In this document: piece by piece, positions 41,601 to 54,700 of the stretch
How the letters are laid out: every line of letters begins with the position of its first letter
Position numbering within the stretch: position 1 is the first letter of the stretch
Program-made: the position numbers and the translations under genes
Notes under the pieces: model-generated
Databases searched by the model: none
What the model was told of the DNA's origin: nothing
The model's input: only the letters and a program-made list of their open reading frames with translations
Source: Balamuthia mandrillaris
Lineage: Eukaryota
Direction: 5' to 3'
Assembly: GCA_031835245.2 (NCBI GenBank)
Contig: JAVKOQ020000063.1
Span: 124,001-188,000, forward strand
DNA length: 64,000 bases

Positions 41601-43534
41601 TCAGCAATTTGCGTTGACGCACGATGGATGAGAGTTGTTGCTGTTGTCGTTGCAATTGCTTTAGCTGTTGTCGAGAGGCTGCCACAGCGCGATGATAGTG
41701 ACCCTCTAAATTTAGAGATATAAACGTCAGACAAATAATAAAATAACAATAGCAAAACAATAAACATAAAACTAAACATGAATTGAAACTTAACTAGAAA
41801 AGAGAAACGTACGTTTAAATTGTTGATGGAAACGTTGAATAGGATTTCCAAAGAAAAAGTTTTCGCCTTCAAAAAGATCTTTGATGAGAGCTTCGCGTTT
41901 TTGTTTCATCTCTTCGTCTTCTTCGCCTTCTTCGCTTTCCATTTTCGCCACTTCTGCTGTTCGCTTTGTTTCTTCCTTGACATCATTTTCTTTGCTATCT
42001 TCGTTCTCTTCTATTTCAATTTTCTCACCGTTTTCTTCTAATGGAGCCGCATTTGCGGATTCATCACTGTCCACAACATCCATCATCGAAAACGAATCTC
42101 CTTTTTCTTCTTCGCCTTCTGTCACTGCCAGTTGTGTAGCTTTGTCTGTAGGTTGTTTGTTTTGAGGGTGATAGAGTTCCTTCTCTGTGACTGGCGGCAA
42201 ATATTGCTATGAACAGAAAAAATAAATTAGCAAAATAATACAAACGAGAAGAGGGAACAGAGGTGAGAGAGAGAGAGAGAGAGAGAGAGAACACATACCA
42301 TTAAACTAGAGCGTTCTTCGGCGTTCAAGTGATTATTCCACGTATCCATGTTGAGCAAGAGGGAAAGGTCAGAAAGGGTGCCCAGCTCAGAGGGCAACCA
42401 CGTGGTGTCGTCTAGTGGCATTCCCTCCGCCCAACAGGGCTCCCAAGGGTAGGTCTCTGCTTTTTCTTTTTTCTTCTCCTTTTCCTTTTTCTTCGTCAAT
42501 TTTGGCTTCTCCTTCTCCTTTCTCTTTTCCTTGGAGGGCTTCTTCTCTTTCTTGCTGCGTTTCGTTGTGGCGGTTTCTTCATGATTGTGATGGTGATGTC
42601 TTGTGGACAACGATTTCTTTTTGGTTGCGTTGATGTCATCTTTGCGGCCTTCTTCGTCGTTGTTGACGAGTTTGTTCTTTGTTTGCAGTTTTCTTCCTGC
42701 AGACAACGGAGAGAAAGAGGATGACGAAGAACTGTCTTGTTTCTTTTTTGCATCGCTGCTTGATTGTCTTTTGGAAGTGGAGGAAGAAGAGGACTTGGAG
42801 GTCGTTTTCGAACGTGATTTGCTTAGTTTTTCCTTCTTCTCTCCTACCGACTCTGTCTTCCTCTTTTTGGTTCTCGCCTTCTTTACCTTTTGTTCTGCTT
42901 CTCCTCCTGCAGTTTCCTCTTTGCTTTCTCCATTATCCTCCTTTGTGGCTGCTCTCTTCCGTTTAACTCCTCTTTCCCTGCCGTTGGTTTTCTCCTCACT
43001 GTTGTTGCTCGTTTTGCTTCTCTTCTTCTGCACTTTCTTTGTTGGCGTCGTTCCTTCCCCTCCCTTCTCGCTCTTAGGTTGTTGTGGAAGAGAAGAAGAA
43101 GTGAGTCTAGGATTCTGCTTCTGAAACTTTTCTCGTAGGCTTTGCAGCTTGCTCAGCTTCTTCTTCAAGGGCAGAGGAGCCACCAGTGGGGTGTGAGGAA
43201 GCGCCACCGTTGTCGTGGTGGCTGCTCTCATAGCAGCAGCTGCAGAAGAAGAGAAAGGAGAAGCGAGCGATGAGGACAAAGACGCTGGTCTGCCAAGATC
43301 TTGTTCGGCGGCGGCTGTTGCCATCAAAAGAAGATCAGGCTGCTGTTGTTCTCTGCCTTCTTCGGTGTTGTTCGGAGCAGCAGCATAAGAGGAAGAAGAA
43401 AGCGTTGAGGTTGGTTGTCCCATCCAAGAAGAAGAGGAGAACATTTCGTGTTCTTCAGGCAGCTGCTCGTCCGTTTTCAACAGCAGATTCTTCAACGAAG
43501 CTGCCGAAGAAGCGGAAGATGGTTGATGCATCAT
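38682..43534 (-). CDS. NFRKB: NFRKB (INO80 complex subunit; DEUBAD + winged-helix domains)
   Basis: DEUBAD (LLNMDTWNNHLNAEERSSLMQYLP…LFEGENFFFGNP); FRKQERLRY…QPF; DRPAHINLLCLVRDAAARLPGSVGTRPDV; VSGALDRLQSEKDPCVRFD…KLWIYTHR. Confidence 0.9.
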
Positions 43535-44025
43535 TGGCCAAGATTTTTCCAAAAACAAAAATGAGGTGAGAGGATGAGCGGGGAACCTGAGGCATTCTAG
43601 CGTGAGTGTTCAGGTCGAAAAAGAAAGTTAAAAAAAAAACTTAATCAGTCTGTTTACCTTTGCGTCGCTCACCAAAAAAAAAAACAAAATCAAAGTCGCA
43701 GTGGAGATTATCTGCTTTGCCCCAAAATTCTTCAGACGATCGTCTCTCTGCTCTGTCGAGCGTGATTCGTGACGCTCCTCTTTGGGGGTTGTTTAAAAAA
43801 AAAAACTCTCCCTCCCTTCAAATTTTTTTAAAATCCAAACCTGGGTGAGGAGCGAAAGAGGTGATAGGGTGGGTGGGAGGGAAAGGAAATAAACAAAAAA
43901 TGAGAGGAAGGGGGAAGACGCGTTTTTTTCCGCCCCTTCTCCACTCCTCTCCTCCTAGCACCACCTTTTTTTGTTTGTTTGTTTGGGTGTCCCCCCATTT
44001 ATCGTTCTCTCCGTCTTTTTTTTTG

Positions 44026-44098
44026 GTTGCCATGGAAACAAACTTTTGTCGACCCAAAGCATTTTCAGTCGACACAAGTGGTAGGTTGCCATGGAAAC
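44026..44098. promoter_or_regulatory. Pair of RFX X-box motifs in the divergent NFRKB/C2 promoter
   Basis: GTTGCCATGGAAAC at 44026-44039 and 44085-44098, interleaved with GTCGAC sites. Confidence 0.7.
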
Positions 44099-44448
44099 AG
44101 GAAACTTGTCGACAGAGATCATCGATGGATTTTGTACTTTTTGTCGACTCTCACGTAATTTTTCCTGAAATGGTAAACGAAAGATGGTGAATGAAAATGG
44201 CCTCCAAAACGCGTCGATAGGTCAACTCGGTTTTATTGCCACCAGCGAGACAGGGCTGCGTTTTGAGAGAGGGAAAACTATGCCCAAGGTAGCCTAACAA
44301 ATTCTTTTTTTTGGTGAATTCGTCTATTCTCTTTCTTTTTCTTCTTTTTTCCACTTCTCGTTTTCTATATTGTTTCACGCCGCTTCCTCGTTTGCATTAC
44401 ACAACGGTTGTCATTAACGAACAACAAGCACAAGCAACACAAGCACAA

Positions 44449-47420
44449 ATGGCAGGTGTACTCAGCTTCACGATCGTAGCCGGCAAGGACCTGGCCGCCA
44501 AGGACATGAACGGCAAATCCGACCCCTACGTCAAGGCCAGCCTGTTGGAGGGCTTCTCCACGCCCACCCTCACAACGCCCGTCCAGGAAAAGACCCTGAG
44601 CCCCGTTTGGAACTTTAGCGGCGAGTTTGTGATCGGCGCGCCTGACTCGCGTGTCAAGTTTGAGGTGTGGGACAAGGACACCATCGGTTCCGATGGTATG
44701 CTATTATATTATTTGGTGTTTCGTCTCGCTTCCTTCCTTCTTTCCGCTTTCTCTTTGTAGTTCTCTTCTCTTCTCTTCTCTTCTCTTCTCTTCTCTTCTC
44801 TTCTCTTCTCTTCTCTTCTCTTGGTCGTTCTCTTCTCTTCTCTTCTCTTCTCTTCTCTTCTCTTCTCTTCTCTTCTCTTCTCTTCTCTTCTCTTCTCTTC
44901 TCTTCTCTTCTCTTCTCTTCTCTTCTCTTCTCTTGGTCGTTCTCTTCTCTTCTCTTCTCTTCTCTTGGTCGTTCTCTTCTCTTCTCTTCTCTTCTCTTCT
45001 CTTCTCTTCTCTTCTCTTCTCTTGGTCGTTCTCTTCTCTTCTCTTCTCTTCTCTTCTCTTCTCTTCTCTTCTCTTCTCTTCTCTTCTCTTCTCTTCTCTT
45101 CTCTTCTCTTCTCTTCTCTTCTCTTCTCTTCTCTTCTCTTCTCTTCTCTTCTCTTCTCTTTCTTCTTCTCTTCTCTTCTCTTCTCTTCTCTTCTCTTCTC
45201 TTCTCTTCTCTTTCTTCTCTTCTCTTCTCTTCTCTTCTCTCTTCTCTTCTCTTCTCTTCTCTTCTCTTCTCTTCTCTTCTCTTCTCTTCTCTTCTCTTCT
45301 CTTCTCTTCTCTTCTCTTCTCTTCTCTTCTCTTCTCTTCTCTTCTCTTCTCTTCTCTTCTCTTCTCTTCTCTTCTCTTCTCTTCTCTTCTCTTCTCTTCT
45401 CTTCTCTTCTCTTCTCTGCTGTGTTCTTTTTTTTCTTCTCCTTCAGTTGTTTAACGAACAAATAAAACAGACTTCATGGGAGAGTGTTATCTGCATGCCG
45501 AAACGTTGGAGCATAGGGTGACCAAAAGAGAGCACCTTCCACTGCAGAGAAGGATGAGCAAGAAGGGCAAAGAGAAGAAGGAGAAGATAACCGGCACTTT
45601 GGAGCTGGAGTGGACGTTCATCGACAACAAGAAGAAGATCGAGGAGAAGAAGAAACAGGACGCAGAACAAGCAGCCATTCGTCAAGAACAGTACCAGAAA
45701 GAACAAGCCGTAAAGGCTGAACGCCTGCAGAAAGCGAAGGATGAGCTGAAAGCAAGGCTTGGTTCGTTCAACCCTTTGCGAGAGGAGCATCTCGCTTTGT
45801 TTGATGAGATTGAAAAGAACAAAGAGAGCGTCTATGGAGCTCGCGTGAGGTATGTTCATGCTCTTGTCTGTTCGGTTGTTATGTCCTGTTTCTGACGTTC
45901 CAAGTACCAACCGACAGAGAGATGTTCGAGCAAGGATACTTTGAGGTAATTGTTAACGCTATGGAGGACCTGGACCCTAGGGATCCGTTCCTTACTTTTT
46001 GGGTATGTCCCTCCCGCTGCTCTGCTTCTGATCCTTCATCTTTCTGCGTTCTCATCCACCCAAAACAAAGGTCGCCACAAAGCTACTCCACCAAATGCTC
46101 AGCACCGTCAAGTTCTCGGAGATAGAGAAACAAGGCCGCACATTCAGACTCGTCCCCAAACTCACCAAGCTCTTTCTCAGCGCCCCGCCTCCTTCTTCGC
46201 CTTCTGCTTCCTCTGCCTCTTCTTCCAATGATGAAGAAGATCCCCTGTTCGTCAAAGCCAGGTCTCATCTGTGCTTCAGAAACCTCTATCAACTGGTGGA
46301 ATGCATCATGCGAGACGTACTGCTTGGTGAGCAGGACTACTCTGCACCCCACACCTTTGGCCAATACCTTCAGCCCATTCTCAAAGCCTTGAAAGAAAGC
46401 AAAAGCAATGGAGCAAAGAAGAGCATGGCGGCTGCTCTGATCGTGGCGCTTCCTACTCACCAACCGAAAACGAAAGAAGTGGTACAACAAGCCGAGGCGC
46501 TTGCAGTTCTGTTCGAGGCCGCAAAGACTGCAGTAAGTGGGGAAGACGAAGAGGAGAAGCAACATGTCTTTCAATATGTCCTTCACCGCATCTTCCACCT
46601 CATTTGCAGGGCGGATGCAGAGACCGTCATGAAGCAAGTGGGCGAGGAGGGTCTCCGTTGGCTCTCCCACAGCGCCATCCCTGCAGCCATTCGCGTCGTC
46701 TCCTTGGAGAATTACACCTTCTTCCGAGGCCTCAGCCACATGTGGGGAGGCTCCACCCTGAAAAGCATCGCAGCGGAACAGAGGAAAAGAGAAGACGCTG
46801 CTGCTTCTTCTTCTCCTGCAGAGGAAGAAGGAACTGGAGACGCCATTTCGTTTGTGCCGTTCTTGCGCTATTTCACAACTGAACTTCTCTGCGAGGGAAA
46901 TGGGGCCGTGCTCAAGCAGAAAGCCGCGGACGGCGAGATGACCACCAAGCGAATGAGCCACATCATGGTGCGGCTGAGCGAGTTCTTCCAGAGCGTGGCC
47001 AAGGTCACGGAGCTCTCGAGACCGCTGCACAAGGCCCTGGCGGAGACCCAAGCGGTTCGCATCGTGCAGGAGGCCTTGGCTTGGCACACCGAGGTGTACG
47101 AGTGCGGGTTGAGGGCGTTGGGCCTCACCCCTTGCATCCCTGTTCTGGAGGAGGAGAAGGAGAAGCAGCAGGAGGAGGGGCTGTCCCCCCAGGTGAGAAA
47201 CCAAAAGGCAAAGCTCTGGGAGGAGGAGGAGTTGGCTTTGGTGCAGTACGGCGAGATCATCCGGGCGCTGAGGAACCGATGGCATGACGTGGATGAGGAC
47301 TTGCGGCGCGTGGAGGGCAGGAACGTGATGGTGGACATGGTGGGGCACCGCGGGCGTGCCTGGGCCTCCCGTCGCAAGGAGTTAAACGACGAGCTTTGCC
47401 AGTTTGTTTATTCGTTGTAA
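44449..47420 (+). CDS. C2-domain protein with helical C-terminal region
   Basis: GKDLAAKDMNGKSDPYVK…KTLSPVWN…FEVWDKDTIGSDDFMG has the full Ca2+-binding Asp set; coiled coil and helical C-terminus follow. Confidence 0.88.
44761..45416. repeat. (CTTCT)n pentanucleotide microsatellite, intron 1 of the C2 gene
   Basis: ~650-bp array with recurrent ttggtcgtt interruptions. Confidence 0.95.
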
Positions 47421-47462
47421 AAAAAGAAGTAAAAAAATTAAAAAATTTCAATTTTTTTATTA

Positions 47463-47805
47463 TTTTTGATTGGTCCGCAAAAAATCGAATCTGTGAGATG
47501 AATAATGAATCTATTAGGTGGATTGAATGTTACCATAGCAACCTTATGTTTTTGGCCGATCAAAAATAAATCGCAACAAATTCAACCAAATTTCCGATAG
47601 AAAAACCTAAAATGAGGAAAATATCGAAAGAATATTTTTGTGATTTGTCCGCAAAAAACCGAAGCTATGAGATCTGTGATGAATCTATTAGGCGGAGAGA
47701 ATGTTACCATAGCAACCTTTTGTTTCGCCGATCAAAAATAAATCGCAACAAATTCAACCAAATTTCCGATAGAAAAACCTAAAATGAGGAAAATATCGAA
47801 AGAAA
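47463..47805. repeat. ~172-bp intergenic tandem duplication, each copy with an X-box
   Basis: gtccgcaaaaaa…gaatgttaccatagcaacct…aatatcgaaagaa occurs twice; GTTACCATAGCAAC at 47529-47542 and 47703-47716. Confidence 0.9.
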
Positions 47806-48475
47806 TTCAAATAAAATAGAAAGAAAGTAGAGGGACGTCCCCATCCCCCTCTTCTTCTTCGTCAACAGGCAAAGCAGAGGGGAGTTTTTTTTTCTTGCTC
47901 TTTTCTCTCACATGTGGGTGGTGGCCACCGAGACGCACACCCCGTGACACCTGAACCTCCTTTCAAAGAACTTTACAATTTATTTTTTTTGTTTTGTTGA
48001 AATACAAACGAAAAAAGAAGGAAGCCCTAGGGCTGAAAACTTGTGGAAAGCCAAAAACTTGTCTCTCCTTGTTATTTTTTCAACCAGCAGAACAACAACA
48101 ACAAGACTTGTCAGCTCTCTCTCTCTCTCTCGCTGTCTCTCTCGCTCGGAAGGAGTACGTAGGTGTTGTGCTTGTTGTTGCTGTGAGGCTGTAAGAAGCT
48201 TCAACTTGTTTTTTTTTTCTCCGATTCGTTTCTTTTTTTTTATTTGTTTTGTTGACAACAAAAAAAAAATGTTCGCAGGTTTTTTTTTTATTTATTTATT
48301 TAGTTTTAGGGAAGCCACAAGCCAACGCACAAGCCCATTGGATTAAGCTGGCTCTGCGAGATACGTCTCAGATCGGGTTCTGTGCAGCTCTTCTTCTCCC
48401 GTTAGGTTTCTTCTTCTGCTCCTCCTCCTCCTCTCTCATTCTTTCGTCCTCCTTGTGCTCTCTCTGTCTGTCTCA

Positions 48476-48509
<34 letters not shown>

Positions 48510-48510
48510 A

Positions 48511-48542
<32 letters not shown>

Positions 48543-48612
48543 CTTCTTTCTCCCTCAACTCAAGAGTCTGTCTCTATTAACAAAAACCAAAAGTTAAATA
48601 AAAAAAGAAACG

Positions 48613-51600
48613 ATGCGAATGAAGGGAAGCAGCAACTCGAGTCAGCCATTCTCCCCCACAGAGCCGCTGCTCCTCGACCAACCCGAGCGACAAAACAAAG
48701 ACAAAGACAAAATTGAAGAAGAAGAAGAAGTCGAGAACGAGGATCAAGCAACCAACGAGATCATGCAAACCGCCTTCCATAGACGCGTCATTGCGAACCC
48801 CTCCACTTCCTCGCCTTCGGCTCTTCACAAAAAGAGAGAGCATCACAAAAACAAAAGAAAGCAACACCAACAGCAACGCCCCACCAAAGGGATGCAAGTG
48901 GCCGCCAAAAGTAAACGCAAAAGCAAAAATGGGAGTGGAAGTAGAAGTGGCGGTAGTGGTGGTCATCGCTATTGCGTTCATCATCACTCTCAGCATCAAC
49001 AACAACAACCAGCTGTTGGCAGTGAAGAAGAAGGAGCTGAAGTAGATGAGAATGAAGAAGATGACGAAGAGTGGATAGATAATGAAGGAGAGGAAGAAGA
49101 AGAGGAGGAAGAGGAAGAGAGAGAGGAAACAGGAGGAAGCGAAGAGGAAGATGGAAGACCAGGAGCTAGCATGCTCGGTGGAGAGGGAGAGAGAACAGGA
49201 GAGGAGATTGTTCCGTTAGGGCTCTCCTCCAAAGTGGGACAGTTGCAACGGGCCATCTCCGACTTGTCTCGTTTCCTGGAGGAGCAGGACATGGACTGGC
49301 ATTTCAGCTCGCTGCTAAAGCAGTTGGACAAAATATCGTTAGATGTAACTGTTCGATTGGAAGAGGTCACTGTTTATCATGCGTTTCTTGTGCGTTCCCT
49401 CTCCTTTTTTCTCTTTCGTTGTTTCTCTTTTCTCTTCTTTTTCTTTATGTTGTTACTCCTTTGCTTGTTTATTAACGCAGAAATTAAAAACAACCAAACA
49501 AACAAAAATACAGCACACACATAACGTCTCAACAAAGATAAACAGTAGCGGCTACTTCAGCCTTTTACCGGATGAACTGCTGCTCAAGGTATTATCGTTT
49601 CTCAACGAGCGAGAGCTTTCAGTGGTCACTCTCGTCAACCGACAGTGGAAACGACTTTCTGAAGACGAAAGTTTATGGCGCAGGCTTTATTTCTTGAGGT
49701 CCTCTCTCTCTCTCTCTCTCTCTCTTCCCTTCTCTTCATCGCTCTCTTCTCTTCTCTCTCTCCCTCTCACATTTATGTTTTTATTCTATAATAGATGGCG
49801 GGATACAATGGTGAATCGTCGTAGAACAACAACCCCACCATTTTCCTTGTATGCAACAAACGCATCTGATGAAATGATCACTGAAGAAAAAGTGGAGGAA
49901 GCAAACAAAGCAGACGATGAAGAAGCGGAAGCACGAGAAGGGCAAGAAACAAACACAACAATGACGTTCTCTCGAGTCGCCCCTTGCAACCGAAATGGCA
50001 TCACCAGTTCTTTGTCATCTTCTACAATTCCTCTGACCAGACCAAAAGAAGAAAACGAACCTGAAGAAGAATCTGAAACGAAACGTTTTGGCACTGTTTT
50101 ATCTTCTTCAGCTTCTTCTATCCTTCGGCGAAGTAACAACAACAATCTTTATCATAATCAAAACTATGGAACAACTCATACTGCGACGAACAAGAAACGT
50201 TCGATGATGAATACTGACTGGAAAGCAAACTACATACGACGACGCAACATGGAACGAAACTGGCGAGAAGGCAAGTACCGAGTCAAGACCTATCCTGGAC
50301 ATACCAGCAATGCACGTGTCCGCTGTCTACAATTTGATGAAGAGAAGCTGGTAAGTTTTTTTGCTTCATCTTTCTTCTGTCTCTTTTCTTAGTTCTCTGT
50401 TCAATGTAGAGAACTCTGTCATCTTTTCCCTGCTTTTTCTTTCTTTTTATGTTTTGCAATGAAATACTTAAAACCACAAACAGGTGATGGGTTCGTTTGA
50501 TCAAAAGTGCATTCAAGTGTTGGACTTTTATTCCCGTAAGCCGTTGACCGAGTTACATGGGCATACCGGTGGCGTCATGTCTCTCAAGTTCCAAGATGAC
50601 ATTCTTCTCAGTGCTTCGCGTGATAAAACTGTAAAAAGTGCGTTTCTTCTCTTTCATTTCTCGTTCCCCTTGTAAACTCTTTTAACACCTTTCTTTTCCT
50701 TTCTTTTTTTTTTATTTAAACACGAAGTGTGGGATTTAACAACTGGCGCATGTGCGAGAACGTTCACTGAGCACGTGGCCAGCGTTTGGTGCTTGGATTG
50801 GGATGGTGGCTCGGTGGCAGTCAGCGGATCGGAGGATCGGCTGGTCAAAATGTGGGACCTTCGTTCAGGGCGGTGCATCCATACATTTACCGGTCATGCC
50901 AAAGGTATTGGCAGCATTACCTTTGATGATAACTTTGTGGCCAGTGGCTCTCGGTTAGTTTTTTTTTTGTTCTTTCGTCACACCCTCCTTTTTTATTCAT
51001 GCACTTCTTTGCTTTCATTTTCTTATGTCGTTTTAAACACAGAGACAAGTCAATTCGAATTTGGGATTGTAGAATGCGGAGATGTTTGCACACGTTGAAA
51101 GGGCATGCTAATTCGGTTCGTTGTCTTCGCTTCGATGATCAACGCGTCGTTTCTGGGTCATGGGATAATACCATAAAGGTATCTTGTTCACCCTTTTTTT
51201 TAAATATGATTTATTTTTTGTTTTGACAAAACAAAATCAGATTTGGAGTTTGTTAAGTGGAGACTTGATGGGGAACTTACAAGGACACACCGACCGAGTT
51301 CTTACTTTACAGTTTGATGAAGACAAGATTGGTTCGTATCTTCATTTTCTTTCTTTTTTGTTTTCTTCTTCTAATGACAAAACAAAACAAGTTTCTGGTT
51401 CTTTTGATAAAACGATCAAAGTGTGGGACTTAGCCACACATCAATGCTTGCTAACGCTGGAAGGCCATGGTCATCCTTTGGCCCACGTTCAATTCGACGA
51501 GACGAAAATCTTCAGGTTTGTTTTTCTCTTTGTGGTTTTTGAAGAAGAGCTCCTTTATTCTTTTTAACTTTGCCTCAAACATCACCTAGTGGATCGCGAG

Positions 51601-51650
51601 ATTTGACTATCAAAGTTTGGGACTTTGAACAAGGAAGATCAACCAAGTAA
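48613..51650 (+). CDS. F-box/WD40 protein, FBXW7/Cdc4/beta-TrCP-like
   Basis: F-box FSLLPDELLLKVLSFL…VNRQWKRLSEDESLWRRL; linker WKANYIRRRNMERNW; canonical GH…V.CLQFD…SGS.D.T(I/V)K.WD repeats. Confidence 0.93.
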
Positions 51651-51740
51651 CGAACGTACTTTTCTTTTTTGTTTTACTTTATTTTTTTATTTTGTAAAAA
51701 AAAAACAACACAACCTTTCGAATAAAATAAAATAGATTCT

Positions 51741-54700
51741 TTATTCATTTGAACAAGTATAATAACTCAACTCTGCAATTTCGCCTTTGCGCTCCTCCTC
51801 ACCCACCGAATAACAGCTTTCTATCTCTGCAAACGTATAATACTCTTCTTCCTCGTCGCTCTCCATGCCATCATCTTCGCTCTCCTCTTCTTTCTCTTTC
51901 TCTTGTTCTTCTTTCGACCAACAGTGGCTTCGTTCAAAGTTGTCGAGCTCCTTGTAGATTTGTGCGAAGGAGGGTCTCTCCTCTGGCTGTTCGGCCCAAC
52001 AGCGCGTCATCAGGGAGTGCAGAGGAGCGGGGCAGAGAGCAGGAGGAGCGAGGCGATACTTGTGCTTGATGACTTGGGTGGCGGCTTCTTGGTTCGTCAT
52101 GTCGGGGTAGGGCACTTCTCCTCCTGAAAAGACCTTGTTTTATTCATGTTTCGTCTTTTAGAGAAGAACAAAAAGAAACATAACAAGAAGTGGAAGAAAA
52201 AGAAGAAGCTGAAGAAGAACAAGAAGAAGGACAAAGAACGTACCTCCCACATGACAACACCAAAAGACCAAATATCGGACTGAGGAGAGTACTTGCGGTA
52301 TTGCATGACCTCCGGAGCCGACCATTTTACAGGAAAGCTGCTGCTCCTCACATCGTAGAACGAAGACTCGTAGAGGTCTCTTGATAGCCCAAAATCGCAC
52401 ACCTTTTTTTTTTGAATAATTGGAATACAGTTTAGGAGGAGAAAGGCAAATGGAGAAAGAGTGAAGTATAAAGAACGAAGATAAGGCGGAGCAAGATGAG
52501 GAAATAAACCTTGACGACATATTCTCCAGAGTAACGCTGCTCAACCAGAAGGTTTCGTGCAGCCAGATCCCGATGCACGATGTTGAAAGCATGAAGATGA
52601 TCCATGCCAGCAGCGACGTGTTTGCAGATCTGAACCAAAGTACGAAGACTCAACAAACTGTTCTTTTTCTTCTTCTGGCTCGATTGGGAGGAGTTTTGTT
52701 GAAGGAACTTGTCCAAAGAGCCAAGAGGCAGGAACTCAGTCACGATGAAAGCTTTGTTTTCTTGCTCCTCCTCCAAAGCGATTCCATAAAAAGTCACAAC
52801 ATTGGGATGACTTGGTAGCTTGCTGTAAGTTGTGACGTTTTTTGTTAGGCAGAGAGCGACGAGAGAGACGAGAGAGAGAGAGAGAGAGAATGGACGAAGA
52901 ACAAAGAAAGAAAACGTACTCCATAATTTTAGCTTCTGCAAGAACAGCGTCAAGCCCAACGCCCCGCATGACTTTGACGGCAACGGTGGTATTACCTCGA
53001 TAGGTGCCTTTGAAGACATCACCAAAGGCGCCTCCTCCCAACCGGGCTCCTAAACTGATGTCTGATGCTTTTATGCAAAAGTTGAAATTCTTTTGTTTTG
53101 TGTGACTGTCATTTTCTGTGGGAGAAATAACAATCAGTAATTTTAAAACAAGCAAACAACTAACAAACAACAAAGAGGAAAGCATAGAAAGAGAAAAAAA
53201 AATACTTTTTGCGAGTTCTTGGAATGCTCGCAAAAGTTTCTTCCGATGTCCCATCGCAGCTATGCCCATTTTCTCCAAGTCTTGCTCGTTTAACATAGGC
53301 AACGTCTCGAGATCCAGAGCTTCTCGCTCGAACAGAGGTTGATAGTTGCTCAGTTTAAGGCTTTGTAAAAGTTCCGCAATACTCTAAAAACAACAAATAA
53401 AATGAGACAAAAAGCGAGAAAGAAAGCAAGAGCTGCAAGAGTTCAAATAACAAGACCAAAGAAATGAAAAGAAATACCTCTTCTAAAGGTGGCGGAGAAG
53501 GGCTTGCTTTAACGCGACTGCTGCCACTGTCAAAGGCAGAAGAATCGAGATCACTGGAAGAGGTAGAGTATACAGACAATAGTGATTCTGGCCAAGGAGA
53601 AGAAGAAGAATTGGAGGGATGCAATGGAGGTGCTGAAGGCTCGAATCCGCTTTTCACATTTTCTTTGTACATAACAGAAGGAGAATGAGAAGCGGTCGAA
53701 GAAGCACTTAGTGAAGAGTCAGCGTAGTCAGATGTGACTGAAACAGACGAATAGGGCGATGAAGAAGCATTTGGAGAAGTGGAAGGAGAGGGGTAAGGCA
53801 GAGAGTGATTCGCGTAATGGGGTTGCTGGTAATGAGGAGACAGATAAGGAGCTGGGGAAGGAGTAGTAGAACGAGGCAGTGCATAATAAGAATAAGGAGA
53901 AGGAGGCGCCATCGCATGCTGCTGTGGTTGTTGGGGAGGAGTGTAGTGTTGTTGCGGTTGTGGTTGCAGTTGTTGGTAATGATGTTGAGGTGATGGAGCG
54001 GAATCACAACTTGCTGTACGTAAGAAACGAAGATGCGGCGAACGTGACACTGTAGAGCCTGAATGAGACGCGTGTAAGGGTGCTGAAGAAGAGCGATCAT
54101 GGTTATTATTTGAGGTGTTGAGATCAAAAGCAGGAGAAGACTGTGAAAAAGAAGCTGAAAAAGAAGAAGGAGCAGAGGAAGAGTTTGAATGTTCTGTTCC
54201 TTTAGTGCTGTTACCATTGTTGCTGTTGGTAGAGTATTGCAGTTTCTTTTTTGAAGCCGACTTTTTCTTTTTGCATTTGCTAGAGGAAAAAGGAGAAGGA
54301 GGTGGAGAAGGAGAAGAGGAAGATGAGGAGGAAGAAGACGAGGAGGAGGAGGAAGAAGAAGAAGAACAAGAAGAGCGAAAAGAAGAGCTAGATGACGAAG
54401 ACGGAGAATCTTTATCTTTCTTTGATGAGGATTGCTTCTTTATGGTAAGTTTCGCCAAGAAAGGCCGTTGTTTGAGTTGAGGGAGAACGTGTTGAGTGCA
54501 GAGATTGTTGAGGTTTGTTTTGGAGTATTCGATCATGTCGCCAAATTTTAAGCCACCTTTTCTCTTTCCTATGTGTTTAATCAGGCCTTTGAACACCTGT
54601 TGGTGTTATTGTTCATAACAGAGTATAAGAAAAAACAAACCAAAGTTAAAACATAAATGTTTTAAGAAAGAAGAATGAGATGAAGAAGAGAAGAAGAAGG

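Noticed and set aside
44651..45521. ORFs of SLLFS/EKRRE repeats, and poly-L/C/T/F/R ORFs elsewhere (e.g. 4968-5288, 31202-31662, 59434-59799)
   Set aside because: Translations of intronic microsatellites, bounded by GT..AG sites that restore the flanking protein domains.
46083..47348. 421-aa minus-strand ORF
   Set aside because: Antisense to the GC-rich last exon of the C2 gene; no recognisable motifs.
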